In this document: in pieces, positions 26,169 through 38,892 of the stretch
Layout of the letters: every line of letters begins with the position of its first letter
Position numbering within the stretch: the stretch's first letter is position 1
From: Podarcis bocagei
Taxonomy: Eukaryota
Reading direction: 5' to 3' (one strand)
Length of the DNA stretch: 64,000 nt
NCBI GenBank assembly: GCA_964188305.1
Contig: OZ076887.1
Notes under the pieces: generated by a model
Told to the model about the DNA's origin: nothing
The model's database searches: none
The model's input: the letters and a program-made list of their open reading frames with translations, nothing else
Made by a program: the position numbers and the translations under genes

Positions 26169-26695
26169 GTAATTGGTTTTCAAATTTATTTCTAAATGTC
26201 TTAATTAAAAGTTGTGCCTAGAACACATGGTTGGGGCTCTTGCGCTCTCTCCCTGCAGCAAAAAGTGTGTATTAGTGATAAGTGGGATTTATTTCCCCCT
26301 TTTTAATCATTAAAAAACTAACATCAAGCAGGAGGCCTAAAGAAGGAAATTATTCAAAACTGAGCATTGTAATTTGAAGGCTACAGCTATTCACAGAAAA
26401 GGTTAGGAGCCAATTTGGAGAAGAGGAGGCTTCTATTCAGAGGAAGGATCTTCTTGGTGCCGTTCTTCTCGCTGCTTCATTTGTACTTCTTTGCCCTTGA
26501 GTAGCTACTACTCATGATCTTCAATATACTCACAATCATTTATGGTTTTATCAGGGTTACTATTATTATTGTTATTACTGTTGTAGAAACATATCTGCCA
26601 GAGCTGGTCTCTGCCATTGAAAAGGCTCTGGGGCTGCATTCCAGGAAGCTTTGACTGCAATTTAAGGTCTCCTTCCATGAAATGCTGTTGGAAAC

Positions 26696-26710
26696 GGGGG
26701 GGGGGGGGGG
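26696..26710. repeat. G15 homopolymer
   Basis: Direct read. Confidence 0.9.
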
Positions 26711-26833
26711 AGGGATGAGTATAAGAAGTAAATAGCTTGAGTGGGAAAGTAAAAGACTGTGGAGGGGTGTGTAAAGTTGGATTTGAGGGCAATAATAATA
26801 AGGGAAGAGGGAAGAGAAAATGACCCTCTAAAC

Positions 26834-27097
26834 CCAGAGGTGGGGAACCTGATCTGGCCAGAGGGCCAAATTCTTATTCCCCCCCCCCCTTACCCTTGTG
26901 GACAGAGCCGCCCTCCTGTCCAAGTGATCATATGCTGGGACTTCAGAGCACCTCACAGGGCTTGCAAGGAGCTCTGTGCAGTGCTTTGAAGTGCCACTGA
27001 TCAGCAGGCTTGGTCACCACCTATTCATTGATGGGCAGTGACTTCACGCCTGCTTTCTGCACAGGTCAGCCTGCAGACTGGAGTTTCCCCACTCCTG
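26834..27097. mobile_element. hAT-type MITE
   Basis: Ends CAGAGGTGGGGAACC / TTTCCCCACTCCTG. Degenerate 8-bp TSD CTCTAAAC / CTGTAAGC. Confidence 0.65.
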
Positions 27098-27830
27098 CTG
27101 TAAGCCTAAACCAGAAACCCTAACAAATCCCATAATCCACTTTAGGCTTTTTCCCAGGTCTCAGGAGAGCGGCAGTCATCAGATTCTGTCATTGCCCAGT
27201 TCTTGCTTTCTCTGTAGGAGCTGCTGTTCATGGGGTAAAGCCAGGTGGGAGGAGCGGGAGCAAAGGAGTAGCTTGCCAGTGCCTTGCCTCTGCAGGTAGC
27301 CCAGAGTGTTGTGGGGTGAGGGAGCTATCCTAGCTTGTAAGGGAACAGAGAAGGAGCAAAAGGTGGCAGCAGCTTCAGGGAAAGCCTGCTTCCTATCTCC
27401 TTCAGCGACACAACCACAAGATCATCAGGCCTAACTTTAGGTACTACTGACAACTAGGTGCTTGGATTTTTGCAACCATGCTTCTTGTTATACTCCAGCC
27501 ACCTTAAATGTCTAAGGATTGTGGGTTTGTCATTAAATAGATTCCTTGCCAACATTCATTGAGCCACATGTAGATCTTAACACTATTTGTACACTGTCTT
27601 GAAGGGATAATGGATCCCTCAAAGGTAGTCTACAAATCAGGAAATGAAATTAAGAATGATTTAAGTAAAGGAGCTACTTCCCACTCCTATGGATATCAGT
27701 TTTGTTTTTTGCTTGATGTAACGGAAGTCTGGTTGGCAAATTTAGCAAAAGCAGGTTTTGTTTTTAGAACTTAAAACTTTGCTGACATAATGGAATTGAC
27801 TCCTTTCCTCTTCCATTTTGCCTAATACAG

Positions 27831-28165
27831 GTGTATTCATGGGACCACAACCTATTCCCTTTACTGCACAACCACCAGCTCATTTTCAAGGTTTTCCAGC
27901 CATGGGAGTGCCTGTACCTGTATCTGTACCTGCAGCCCCTGCAATGATGGGAACCATGATGGGGCAATCGGTGCCTGTCATAGGACAGAACACAGGCATG
28001 ATGGTGGGCATGGGAATACCTAATGGTTTTTCTGTCACTACACAAACTGCTGGTTTGGGACTTCCTCAAAACGTTGGACCCCAAGGACCAATGGTGGGGC
28101 ACGTAGCCCCACCACAGAAATATGGTATACAGCAAAATCAGCAAGCCCAGTGGAACCTTTCTCAG
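27831..28165 (+). CDS. SMAP1: SMAP1 coding exon (335 nt, phase 1-0), Met/Gly/Pro/Gln-rich region GVFMGPQPIPF...QAQWNLSQ
   Basis: Lies within ORF 27818..28264. Acceptor aatacAG, donor CAG|GTGAGA. Matches SMAP1 GVFMGP..PF..FQGFP.MGVP. Confidence 0.96.
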
Positions 28166-28683
28166 GTGAGAATGAATATACATTTTCTCCTCGTGGGGGG
28201 AGGGTGCTACGGAGAGGAGCAACTTCCTAGGATTAAAACCTGGTTATGCATATTACGTCAATAGAATTTAAAATAATAATAGTAAAACCAGTTATGCAGG
28301 AGGTGCCGTGATGCTGATTGCTAGGAAGCTATTGCTGCAGTTAGGAGGAATTAATGCACCAGCAGGACTGTAAATCCTGCCATATTGTATTTGTTTTCAA
28401 GATTACTTTTTGGCATTATCATCCACTTTAAACAATTTGTTAGAAGGGTGCTAGTACAAGAATGGCTTGGTAATTTTGGTGCATTACTCCTTAATTCAGT
28501 ATACTAGACACTAGACAACTTTGCGTATCGTGTTCAGCAAAACTATGGGTGTGCTGTGGCTTAGCAGGATGGTGCCAATGTGCAGGCTCCCAGGGAGCAG
28601 CTCTTGGCTGCTTTGCTCTTGGCTCCACCCTGCTGTTTTTTATTCCCGTTGGATAGCAGAGCTATCCAAGCTGTAGCTTAGCA

Positions 28684-28932
28684 CAGGGGGTGGGGAAATT
28701 CCGTGGCCCAACAGGCTAAATCTTTATATCCCAGCAGGCCAACTTTGGCAGGTGGGAAGTCTCTCTACCTGTCAACATTCAAAAGGTACTGTGTTTCCCA
28801 ACCAGGTGGTGGTTGGGAAATTTGGAAGTTCTGCACAAAGCGGTTTTGCAAGCCCTATGCTTAGCATTTGAGAAGAGCAACACTTCCCCAATGCCTTGAA
28901 AGCTGCAGGCATAGCAGGTCGTCCAGCCCCTG
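28684..28932. mobile_element. hAT-type MITE
   Basis: Ends CAGGGGGTGGGGAA / TCCAGCCCCTG. 8-bp TSD GCTTAGCA / GCTTAGTG. Confidence 0.75.
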
Positions 28933-30057
28933 GCTTAGTGATTCATTTGAACCTGCTCTTGTGATTAGTCTCTACCCTCCCTAACCATGAGCTGTAGCCA
29001 AGGTTTCACTGGTGTGTATGAATGGCCGTGTCACTGTACTTTGTGTGTATGTGTGCATGAATGGTACAATATATTAGCTAACGTTTTAAAAGTACTCTTC
29101 TTTCTAAATATCCTGTCAATGACGCAGTATAACCATCTAACCTTTATTCAGGTGTTGGAAATCCTGGGGAAATAAACATGCAGTGAGGAAGGGTGACTAG
29201 CTGCCCCCACCTCAGTCTCTTGTCAACTTCCAACTTGGAAGAAAGCAACTGTCGGGGGGGGGGTGCTTTTGTAATTGTGGGTCAGAGCTTCCACAGATGC
29301 AAAAGGCTTCCCACTGAAGACAGTAGCCTTTGCAAGGTAGAAGAGGGCCAGACAGGGTGGAGTCGTTTCCGGATGCTTCTAATCTCTAAAATTGGAATGT
29401 AGATTTGTTGTGAGAATGGTGTGAGAGCAGCTTCTACACTGGTAACATCAGCAGGAAGAAATTCTTTGGGTAAGGTTGTTTTTCATGCCCATTGCTGCTG
29501 TCAGCATGGAAAGTTGCCATGTTAAACTATCCAACCACATTACTGCTTTTTGTGTTACTGGACTAAGAATGCATCAGGTCAAATAGAAGCAGCTTTCACA
29601 CCATTCTGGTAACCACTGCATTGACCTTTATTCTCCTTGATAAGACTTCTTTGTAGAAAATGCACCCTTTAAAATTCTCTACAGCTCTATAACTACTGAT
29701 TTGCAAATATGCTTCATGTATATTATCTAAAAGTCAGAAACGGTATACTATTTATTTATTTGCCATATTTCTACATTACCCTTCATCCACCAGGCTACCT
29801 GGGTGGTTTACAGTATTCACATTAAAACAGCAATAAGACCAGTCATAGGACAGTGATAAAATAAAACTAAACTTACTGTTGAAAAGGACATATTGAAAGA
29901 TACCTGTTTATGTAACAGAGGTGCAGGTATACAAAAGACCCTCCCTGAGATAAGGTGGTGTCTGCATTTTCAAATAAAGCTTGAGTCTGTCATACTGAAA
30001 GTTCAAACAGTATCTGAACCCCTGTATACTAACTAGAACCATGTTTGCATTTCACAG

Positions 30058-30195
30058 ATGAATCAGCAAATGGCTGGAATGAATCTGTCTAGTTCCAGCA
30101 ATGTGATGGGCTTTGCTGGCCAGCCCCCAAATACAGTGGCAGGATGGACTGGAACTTCCTCAGGCCAGACTCTCAGCACACAACTCTGGAAATGA
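30058..30195 (+). CDS. SMAP1: SMAP1 last coding exon, MNQQMAGMNLSSSSNVMGFAGQPPNTVAGWTGTSSGQTLSTQLWK*
   Basis: Perfect TACTAAC branch point at 30027-30033, ttcacAG acceptor. C-terminal GQTLSTQLWK is the SMAP1 terminus. TGA at 30193-30195. Confidence 0.97.
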   Translation: MNQQMAGMNLSSSSNVMGFAGQPPNTVAGWTGTSSGQTLSTQLWK

Positions 30196-30916
30196 ACACT
30201 GCAATAGAAGTTTCATCTAGATCAGAGACTTGACATTCCATGCTCAAATACATCTAGTTTTCTTGGTCTGCCCACATACATTGCCCACCCTCACCCCCCT
30301 CAATCTCACAGTTCTTCATATTAAGACATAATCTTAACCAACCGTGTTGTGGTCTGTATTGACTTAAATTTTGATGTAGTGAAAAGCAGGTTGGGAACAC
30401 CTCTCATCAGCAGCTTTTTCATTCCACAGTACATTTGATTTCATGAATGATACATTTTCAAAAGAGCTTCGTGACCAACTACATACTCAAATTATTTTAT
30501 CAGTTCTAGAACCAATGTTTGCATATAAGGGAAATAGATATCATGTAAGTACTATCTCTAATATGTAAACCCCACACCACAAATTGCCCAGTAATCCTGT
30601 AGAAGGTACTGTATGAACAAATGTTAAATCATATAAATAAGTGTACATGTATCACTGAAACTTTTTTCCTTGTGTAAAATTGATTTTGTCCCATTATTCA
30701 TGCCACTGTGATATTTTACTGCGATGTGCTGAACAGATAAGATGGTTAGTGAAAGAGAGATAAACCTGGATGTCACTGTCACCTCATCAGTTTTCTTAAG
30801 AGTTGCCTGTGACAAAATGAGTAAATTTGGCTTAAAATGTATGTACAGAGGGCTAATCTAAAGTATATTGCACAGCATATATACAGGGTAACTCACTCCT
30901 CAATTGTACATTTACT

Positions 30917-30922
30917 TTTATT
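30917..30922 (-). terminator. B3GAT2: Candidate B3GAT2 polyadenylation signal AATAAA (alternative ATTAAA at 31091-31096)
   Basis: TTTATT on the + strand, about 515 nt past the B3GAT2 stop codon. Usage is not demonstrable from DNA. Confidence 0.4.
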
Positions 30923-31104
30923 TTCTACAGCTGTATCCAGGTTTATGCCAGTAACTGTGTTTACATTTTATGGTGCCTCGTATCAATAAGCTGTTGCTTC
31001 CCTCTATTAAAGAAATCCATAAACAACATGTGATTTTTTTTTCATTCTATAAAGACCTCTTTTATCTACTGTTCTTCAAAAGCAAAGCTGTTTAATTCAG
31101 GAAC

Positions 31105-31110
31105 AATAAA
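31105..31110 (+). terminator. SMAP1: Candidate SMAP1 polyadenylation signal AATAAA (alternative ATTAAA at 31006-31011)
   Basis: Canonical hexamer about 910 nt after the SMAP1 stop codon, in AT-rich UTR-like sequence. Usage is not demonstrable from DNA. Confidence 0.55.
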
Positions 31111-31437
31111 CTTTGAACATAATAATCTGGAAGCTGCTATTTATAAATGAATTGGAAATTTTGCATTTGTTTAGATCAGTCACTCTTAGTGTTCCGCTGC
31201 ATTTCACTGAACGTCTTGTGTAAGAACAATCTAAGATCTGGATAAAGTACTAAAACAGAGTTTAAAAAAAAATCCAAACACATGCAAAACAAGTGAAGAC
31301 AAATCACAGCCATCTGATGAGTCTTAACTGATACTGGTAAAGTAAGTTGTTGCACAAAAGCAAACTGCTGTTTGAATGTTTAGCTGTTTCAAGGATGCAA
31401 CCATTAATTTTGTTATGTCCCATTTTATGCTTACGTA

Positions 31438-31524
31438 TCATACTTCAATTTTGACACTGTCCAGGTGATACTTTGGCTCATTAGATAGATTTACCTTTTC
31501 AGTTCTCGTGTGCCATACAAGAAC
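31438..31524 (-). CDS. B3GAT2: B3GAT2 exon 4 (last), VLVWHTRTEKVNLSNEPKYHLDSVKIEV*
   Basis: tttttttccAG acceptor. WHTRTEK motif of GT43 glucuronyltransferases. C-terminus matches B3GAT2 (NEPKYHLD.VKIEV). Confidence 0.97.
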   Translation of the reverse strand, partial: VLVWHTRTEKVNLSNEPKYHLDSVKIEV

Positions 31525-31606
31525 CTGGAAAAAAAGTTTAGGATCAACAATTAGTTCTGGATCCCCTATAGGACAGGTTCCTGTATTAAAACAGCAAAAC
31601 TAATAC

Positions 31607-31755
31607 CTTTGTGCAGTTGTTGGCTTTTGGTTCCAGCTCTTCCACTGTGGTGATCTGTCTGAGAAAATCAGATTCCTGCATTCCTGGTTGGGATCCATGG
31701 CGTCTGAATATCGCTTTAGGGTTGGATAAGATCACCTGAAGGCTCACAGCAAACC
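31607..31755 (-). CDS. B3GAT2: B3GAT2 exon 3 (149 nt), GFAVSLQVILSNPKAIFRRHGSQPGMQESDFLRQITTVEELEPKANNCTK
   Basis: Lies within ORF 31586..31768. Acceptor tttttgaAG, donor AAG|GTATTA. Includes the GMQES segment with the catalytic-base Glu. Confidence 0.97.
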
Positions 31756-33473
31756 CTTCAAAAATCAAGATATTGTTAAATCATTAAAACCAAAGTTATA
31801 AACATTTCATACCTCTTTGATTTACCTTAATTTTTTTTCCTTTTTCTTCTTGCTAACCTGTATTTTGTAAACAACCTAAGGGTGTTACACCGCATCAAGT
31901 GGCAGGATATAATTTCACTCCTGTGGTTGCATCACAATTTATGCAGCATATATCTCAGGCTATAAGCTGCTTTTTCTCACTTGGAAAAGTAGCTCTGCTT
32001 CTCCGTATCTGTTTATACTTTTTCTTTGAATGTGAACAGTGACCTTTAATGCAAGTTATTGGAATTTACAAGTGACGAACAGCCTGCCTGGTGTGAAAAA
32101 TGAGATTTAAAAGCAACAGACAGCACATTTGTAACTAGTTGAAAATTAAATTCTGATGTGAATGTAGTTGTTAACGAGAAGGCAAAATAAAATTGGCTTA
32201 GTGAATTTCACATGCAAATTAGTATGTCATTGATACTACTAGAAGTGATATCCATTCATGATGAGTGTAACACCTGTACTAATGCAGCCATAATCGCCAT
32301 TTTCAAAAAATGCTCTGAAGAGAAAGTGGTAGAAAAACAAATCCTTACGTAGTACACTATTTAGCGAACCCTTACTGTGGAAGTGTGGATGTCAAAGGAC
32401 TGCTATTACTGGTGACATAATTTCTAGCATATAGCAAGACTTCCTAAAACTAGAATAGTTGCTGCTGCTTGTATCATTCATTTCTCTCATATATATATGA
32501 AATTAGGCCAATTGTCACAATTGAGCCCACTGAATGCAGAAACTGGGTGATTCAATTTTCAGTTTAGCTTTTAATTTGTGATATATGAGCATGTTACAAA
32601 ATGGCCTGTTGGGTTGAAATAAATTCTAGGGTAGGAAGGAATGCTTCAGCTTAGAACGGTCATGCGCAGAAGCAAAACTTCCCATCAATGGCCATTGCCT
32701 ATGTTTAAATATACTAGTAGGCTTCCTGTGCACTCAACAATTGATTTAAACAGGGAAACATGGAAATGTACTACCCTTCAGACATTTTCTCCCTATTCCC
32801 TCCTCAGAGTACCAAAAATCTGTCAAGAGACTTTAACTGCTACTTATGATCTTAGGAAGTTGTAAAGGCAGCACGTTTGCCTTCCTGAATGTTTTGTACA
32901 CGTGCAGTTCTCATTTTAGGAGGTTAGCCCAGAAGTGCTCTTCCAGAAGTCGAAGATCTTTCCATGTTTGAAAGGGCTTCTTCTGGCAGCAAAAAAAAAA
33001 AGAAGAAAAGATCCTTGCACAAGAAAAAGATTCATGAGGGTTTTGCAAATCTGTTGTACAACAAGACGCTTGCCAACATTTTTTTCTGTAAGTTCAATTT
33101 GGAATCCACTGCTTTCGTTTAAAGAAGTATTTGAGCTACATCATTCTATGGTGCGCAATCAAGATTGGGACAAAAGGACTTTAGCGGCATTTTTACCTGA
33201 GGCAGGACTTTACAACCTTCTACAGCTCAGCTGTGGGATGCAGGAAGCAACTGCCAAGCAAAGAGTATGTTCAGAGACTGTTTTCCTTTGCCCTCTCCTG
33301 CATATCTGAAAGTAAGGATTTGGGGAGGGGACCTATCTTCCGCAAAAGCCCTGAGATTTGAATGCCAGGTGCCCCATTGTCTAAAAGGTATCCTGGAACC
33401 AAATCAGTTAACTTGCTTAACTCTATCCTAAAGATTTTGAATCAAGCAGTTTAGGAATTCAGACCCAGAAATG

Positions 33474-33596
33474 CAGGGGTGAGGAAGCTGTGGCCCTACA
33501 TATATTGTTAAGATTCCCATCAGCCCAGCCAGTGATCAGGAATGATGGGAGTTGTAGTCCAACAACATCAGTAGGGCCATAACGTCCTCACTACTG
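33474..33596. mobile_element. Short palindromic hAT-like MITE (CCCATCA...TGATGGGAGTTGTAGTCC family)
   Basis: Whole element is an imperfect inverted repeat. Related copies at about 13300-13395, 37410-37510, 42690-42800, 59010-59120 and 63415-63551. Confidence 0.65.
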
Positions 33597-36132
33597 CAGT
33601 GCAGAGTAATGTTTTCCATTAGGCCCCCAACAATGTTCAACTGCCTGTATGATGTATTGGATTGCCTCTAATAAAACTCTGCAGTGCTGAAAGAAGCACA
33701 TTTGTGGTTGCTTAATGACCAGGTTTGGTAGCAGAGCCTTTGCAATGCATATTAATAAAACACTTATTAACTATACTTCAAAATAACAAGCTGCAGTGAA
33801 TAGACTACAGCACTTTGCTATTTTTGTTAGGAGATATAATTCACTCAGCTCAGAGCCAATATATTTTGGAAGATTACATATGTAGGATGCCGCCACAATG
33901 ACATACTCTGCAAGCTGTTTTAGACTTCCAGACATTTTACTGTGCGGCAAACACTCCCCAGCATTAATATTTTCTAATCAACTGAATATAAAGTTATTAT
34001 CATTTAAGCTTCTTAAGGAAGGGCAGCTGTGATAACAGAGGTGGGGAGAGAAAGTAACTAAGGCTGTCTGCTATTAAGACAAATATCATTTAATACCAGA
34101 GTAAGGAAAGACAACTGACCCTAGAACAGACATGTCCATGGTGGATCAGGAAAGGCTTAAGGAGAAATGAGTATAGCTTCCTGGTACAGGAGAAGTGGGC
34201 TGAAGTGGAATGGAGATGGGGGAAAGGGGAAACTAACCTTAGGGGCAGCATTTATAATATCCTGTTGCATCCATCTGATAAATCTTCAAAGTAATGCAGA
34301 CCTTATTCTGATCAAGTCAGAGGATGCTGCTCAACAGCTAAGGTCCAGAGAGGCCAATATTCTAGTGTCTAGCTGAGATCTTAATTTAGATAAAGTAGAT
34401 GGAATACTGTAGTAAATGTCCACATAATGGCAGTTAGCGGGAAATCCACGTTATAACTCAAGCTGTGAGTTACCACACACACTTCCCTCTTTAGCTACCA
34501 AGTCCATTTATTCCTTACTCTAATGGAGATTAAATTACTGGTGACATTCTGAGTACAGACAAAGTCACTGTCACTTTTCCCAGCACACAAGTGGGTGGAG
34601 TAAAGTCCCAACAAAACATCTTTGGGCTGCCATCAAATCCAGTCTCATATAACAGATGAGAATTAGTAATTAGGGCTGAGCATTTTAGGTTGCAGAACAA
34701 GGCAATATTCCAGAGGGCAAGTAACTCTGGTTTAAGCTTTTATCATTGGAGGCTACAGATCAGTTTCCTAATCGGTGTTGCCTGCAGAATCAAGCAAGAG
34801 ATACACTCCTGCCTTATAGATAGGGGAAGCAGCTATAAGCCTTTAAAGTGGTTTCCAAAGGATTCTGCCCAATAGGGTGCCAAAATGCCTAAAGCCATCC
34901 ATGAGATTGCACAAGACCTCCCAACCATCTTTCCCCTACACTCTTGGTATGGGCAGTCAGGCACGGAACCGTTTGAAGGCTAGTATTTCGTTTTTTTTGC
35001 AAGGCCACTGTAAAAGTTTCTCCATTTGGCATTAAGTTTCTTTGAATTCCAGCTATATTCCTCTTTAAAAAGCTGCATCCCTTTTCAAACTAAAACAATT
35101 TGCATACTGAAATTAGGCCAACTGCCTATAAAAATAGGAAAGGGTGGATTATTTTAATAGTTGTTGCAAATTCTGAAAACATGGTCAGTAAAAACTTTCC
35201 AGTCAGAGCATCTTTCCTGTGGATCAAATTCTAGAGTTAAGTAATCTACTAGTGATCATGGCTTGGATCCAAAGTTCACAGTTTGTGCTTGAGGAAGATG
35301 ATTTTTGATAATTCACCCTACAGCCCCAGCACCACCTGAAAATATGCTGTGGGGGGCAGGGAACCCTCCAGAATAACATGAGGAACAGCATAGAAGGAGA
35401 CAGAGGGACTCTCCAAAAATCACACACACATCTCAACCATTCATCTGGTAAAGAGTTTCTGCTGGATCTCATTCCCTTGCATAAATGGAAGGAGTCCTTC
35501 CATTCACAGAATAGATATTCTGGATTCAACTTATTACTTCCACGGTATCTTGTGAAGATATATTTGCCTGCAGAGCATAAAAGAAAACAGCAGAAGGTTC
35601 TCTGCATGCAGTGTTTGATTGCACTTATTATTATCTGTGCTTTTGGTCCTGGAAATAAACATTAGAATTAGAACGGCAGAATCAGCTAAATAGGCATTGC
35701 TGAGCCAACGGTAGTGAAAAAAGGACAGATGCCTGCCGAAGGCTCTTCTGTGAGCTGCTGCCTTGCCACAGGAATAGTGGACAAGGTTGCCATTGGTGCC
35801 ACTAAGTCCAAATCCCTGCAATGGTGCAGAATGTTCCTCTTGCTATGTTTGCAGCTGTATTATTTGCAGCTCTGAAAGGGGCTGGCAGAGGAGAGAGCAC
35901 CTCTGCTAAGTCAGTGCAAGCAGTGAGTTAGATAGACCATTGGTCTGACTGTGTATAAGGCAACCTCCTACATCCCTAACTGGGAGTTCAATGGACAGAT
36001 GTGGAATTTAACCAACATCCTCGACTGAAGCCAACTATTAACCAGTACACTACCCCTTTGCCTGCTCACTAAATACAGTGACCATTTACTGATCCTAATA
36101 GCTCAGATATCGCTACATACTCCTGCTCTATA

Positions 36133-36180
36133 GTGTGTGTGCATGCACGCACGCATGCACGCACATGGACACACACACAC
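36133..36180. repeat. Alternating purine-pyrimidine tract, GT repeat facing AC repeat
   Basis: GTGTGTGTGCATGCACGCACGCATGCACGCACATGGACACACACACAC. Confidence 0.8.
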
Positions 36181-38108
36181 CTGGATCAAAACAGATGCCT
36201 ATGTGTACTTCAAAATATACCGCTATGCTACTGCTCCTCACCGCCACCCCACTCCCTGTGTTCTCTGAAATACAGAAACCCATGGCTGACAGGAATACAG
36301 CTGCCACTATATCAAAAGCAATTCAGCCAGCGCTTGAGATGCATCTAGAATACACCAAAGACTGACCAAGCATGTAGAGCTATGCCGCTAGACAGCGCTA
36401 TGCAGTCACAAGCTGTACAGTGAAAGATTGATGAGATTAATTTTTGAACCTTCTCTGCCTTCGTGGTTGTTTTGTTGATTTCTCCCTTAAGCAGGACGCT
36501 TCAAACTGTATCTAACTATAAGCTATCAAGAGTCCTCACTTTCCGGCGGTTTGTGCGAAATGACTCATTTCATGATGAAATAGTGCTTTTCACACTTGAA
36601 CTATCTGATGGGGCTTGTTTTCCTATGCACATGGCAATGTTCATGTAATGAAAGATACTAGCTGCCTGCAGTAATTAATGAAGGCGCAGAGAAAAAATTC
36701 AGTGAAGCATTCAAACAGAAATACCATATAAAATTCAAATAAATGAGAAGAGTGTTTTCCTATTATTAAAAAGTAAATTAAATTAGGATACAGCAGCAGG
36801 GCTTATAAGAGGGTTAATGATGAGAAGACATGTTATGCAAAAAGTTCTATTAGTTTCACACTTTGCTCTTTTTCAACAATATTCCTAATTACAAATACTG
36901 CATGCATTCTAATGCCAGCCATGAATACAATATGAATTTTTAACATGCTCAGTGTGAAGTTTAACAGGGCATGCTTGCCAGGTGTCCTATCAGACAAAAT
37001 TCCTCACTTTACCACCCTCTGGAGAGAAGTTCTGAATACTATTCTATAGGTGCTTTCATAGTCAACAGCAATAATATACAATATAAATCTAAATTTTAAA
37101 AACACTCAGATCTATCCATAACTTGATAGTGAAGTATCTGAATCCAGTGGCAGTATGTCCTATTACTTGACACTGAATAAAAACGATAAGAAAGTGCTAT
37201 CTGCATCATGCTTGTTCTGGCTGCCAACATCTTAGGATCTCTGGCTGGCAAGTTGCTCAGACAGAGTGCCGAACAAGATGGACTACTGGTTAGAGCCATG
37301 AAAACAATGATTATGTTCCAAATACCAACTGCAGGTGGAGCAGCACCACATCAGCCAACAAACCCATCCTATGATAATTTCCTGCTACATCAAGAGTAAC
37401 CAATATGGTACCATCCAGATTTGTTGGGCTACAACTCCATTCAGCCCTAGCCAAGGGGTGATGGGAGCTGTAGCTTACCATGTCTAGAGAACACCAGGTT
37501 GACTAACCCTGTGCTACAACATCAGAACCATGCTATGCTACAACCCTGGGCAAAACCTCTGAAATCAGCAGCTTTAAATGCATTATGCACCCTTTGCTAA
37601 TGCACTGAGGATTCTCAAGAGCCCATTAAAAGCAGAGATTTGAATGCCAATACGGAGCTGGAAAACTGTAATGTGTAGGAAGCATCCCATTCGCAACTAC
37701 TACAACTGGTCTTTGTAGTGAAGGGAAAATAATCCAGAAGCAGAAGGAGAAGGAGATAGGTGTGTACATGCAAAACCTAATATTGGTGCATATTTCTTCC
37801 AGACCCTAGGCTCAGTCATGACTTACTCTCAGAAGCATTCCAGTGACTGCAGGATTTAACCAGAATTTACCCTCCAAGATATGCTGGTCCTATTAAAATG
37901 GCAGGTTCATCTTCATGCCAAAACTTTCCTATCCAGCACAGGGTAGCCAAGGAGGAAGATTCTGAGTGTTATTATCAAGAGTGCTCATGATGGTCATATG
38001 TAGCCAGAATGATAGCATTAAACACGCACAACACACACACACACAAACCCCAACTTCAGTAATTTCTACAAATTTCTGTCTGAAACTCTTGAGCACCATG
38101 AAGTTGTA

Positions 38109-38509
38109 CAGACGACTCAGAACTTGCACAGAACATAGGTCCTGCGGATTGCACACAAAGCCAGAATTGTGTAAAGACGAAGAAACCCAGAAGCGCCCCC
38201 TCATGTCCATCCCTACCGCTTCGAAGTTGGTGCGACAAGCCTTGACCCCATGCAAGGGCTTACCAGGTTCTGGATGCCTTCATGAGATTACAGACAGCTC
38301 CGAAAGATCTCACTATACCTTCCCAGAGCCCTGTAAGCAGACCTGAGAGTTGAAAAGTTCTTTCGCACCAGAATAAAATCTGCTGTGAAAAGAGCTTTTA
38401 AGTTCTCCACTTTCCACGCTTTTAATTTGCGGGATCGCAGCTGGCCAGCCACCAAGCACATAAAACTGTGATCACACAAGTTAAATCCGCACAAGTTGAG
38501 AGTCAACTG
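38109..38509. mobile_element. Degenerate pogo/Tigger-like MITE
   Basis: Imperfect TIRs TA|CAGACGACTCAGAACTTG ... CAAGTTGAGAGTCAACTG. Confidence 0.55.
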
Positions 38510-38747
38510 CATTTAAAGAAAAAAAGGAAAGGAAAGATTGAGATTCTCAGGAGGTGAAGGAACCTAGTAACATTGTTTTTGCTCACCGGAACAAAGCAGA
38601 AGATTGGGTTTTTGTATGCCTGCCTACAGCGTTCATGCAATATCTAGAGCTAGATTGTTTGCAAGTGCAAGTGGGTGATACAATGTCTGCATGCATGTTC
38701 ACATGAATATAATCTGTATCTGAGATTCTGTACGTAATTATACTCAC

Positions 38748-38892
38748 CGGCCATATCAATGGGAAAAGGTCTACCTGCCCGCCAGCCAGTGTACCATCCA
38801 ACAACCTTGCCCTTTTCCACAACTGGGCGCTCATAGCGTCGTCCACCCGCCAGACCCACAGGCCATACAGACACTTTGTGGGTTGTGCGCAT
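38748..38892 (-). CDS. B3GAT2: B3GAT2 exon 2 (145 nt), [48 protein letters not shown]
   Basis: Lies within ORF 38650..38910. Acceptor cctttcttacAG, donor CCG|[14 protein letters not shown] and IDMAG motifs. Confidence 0.97.
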
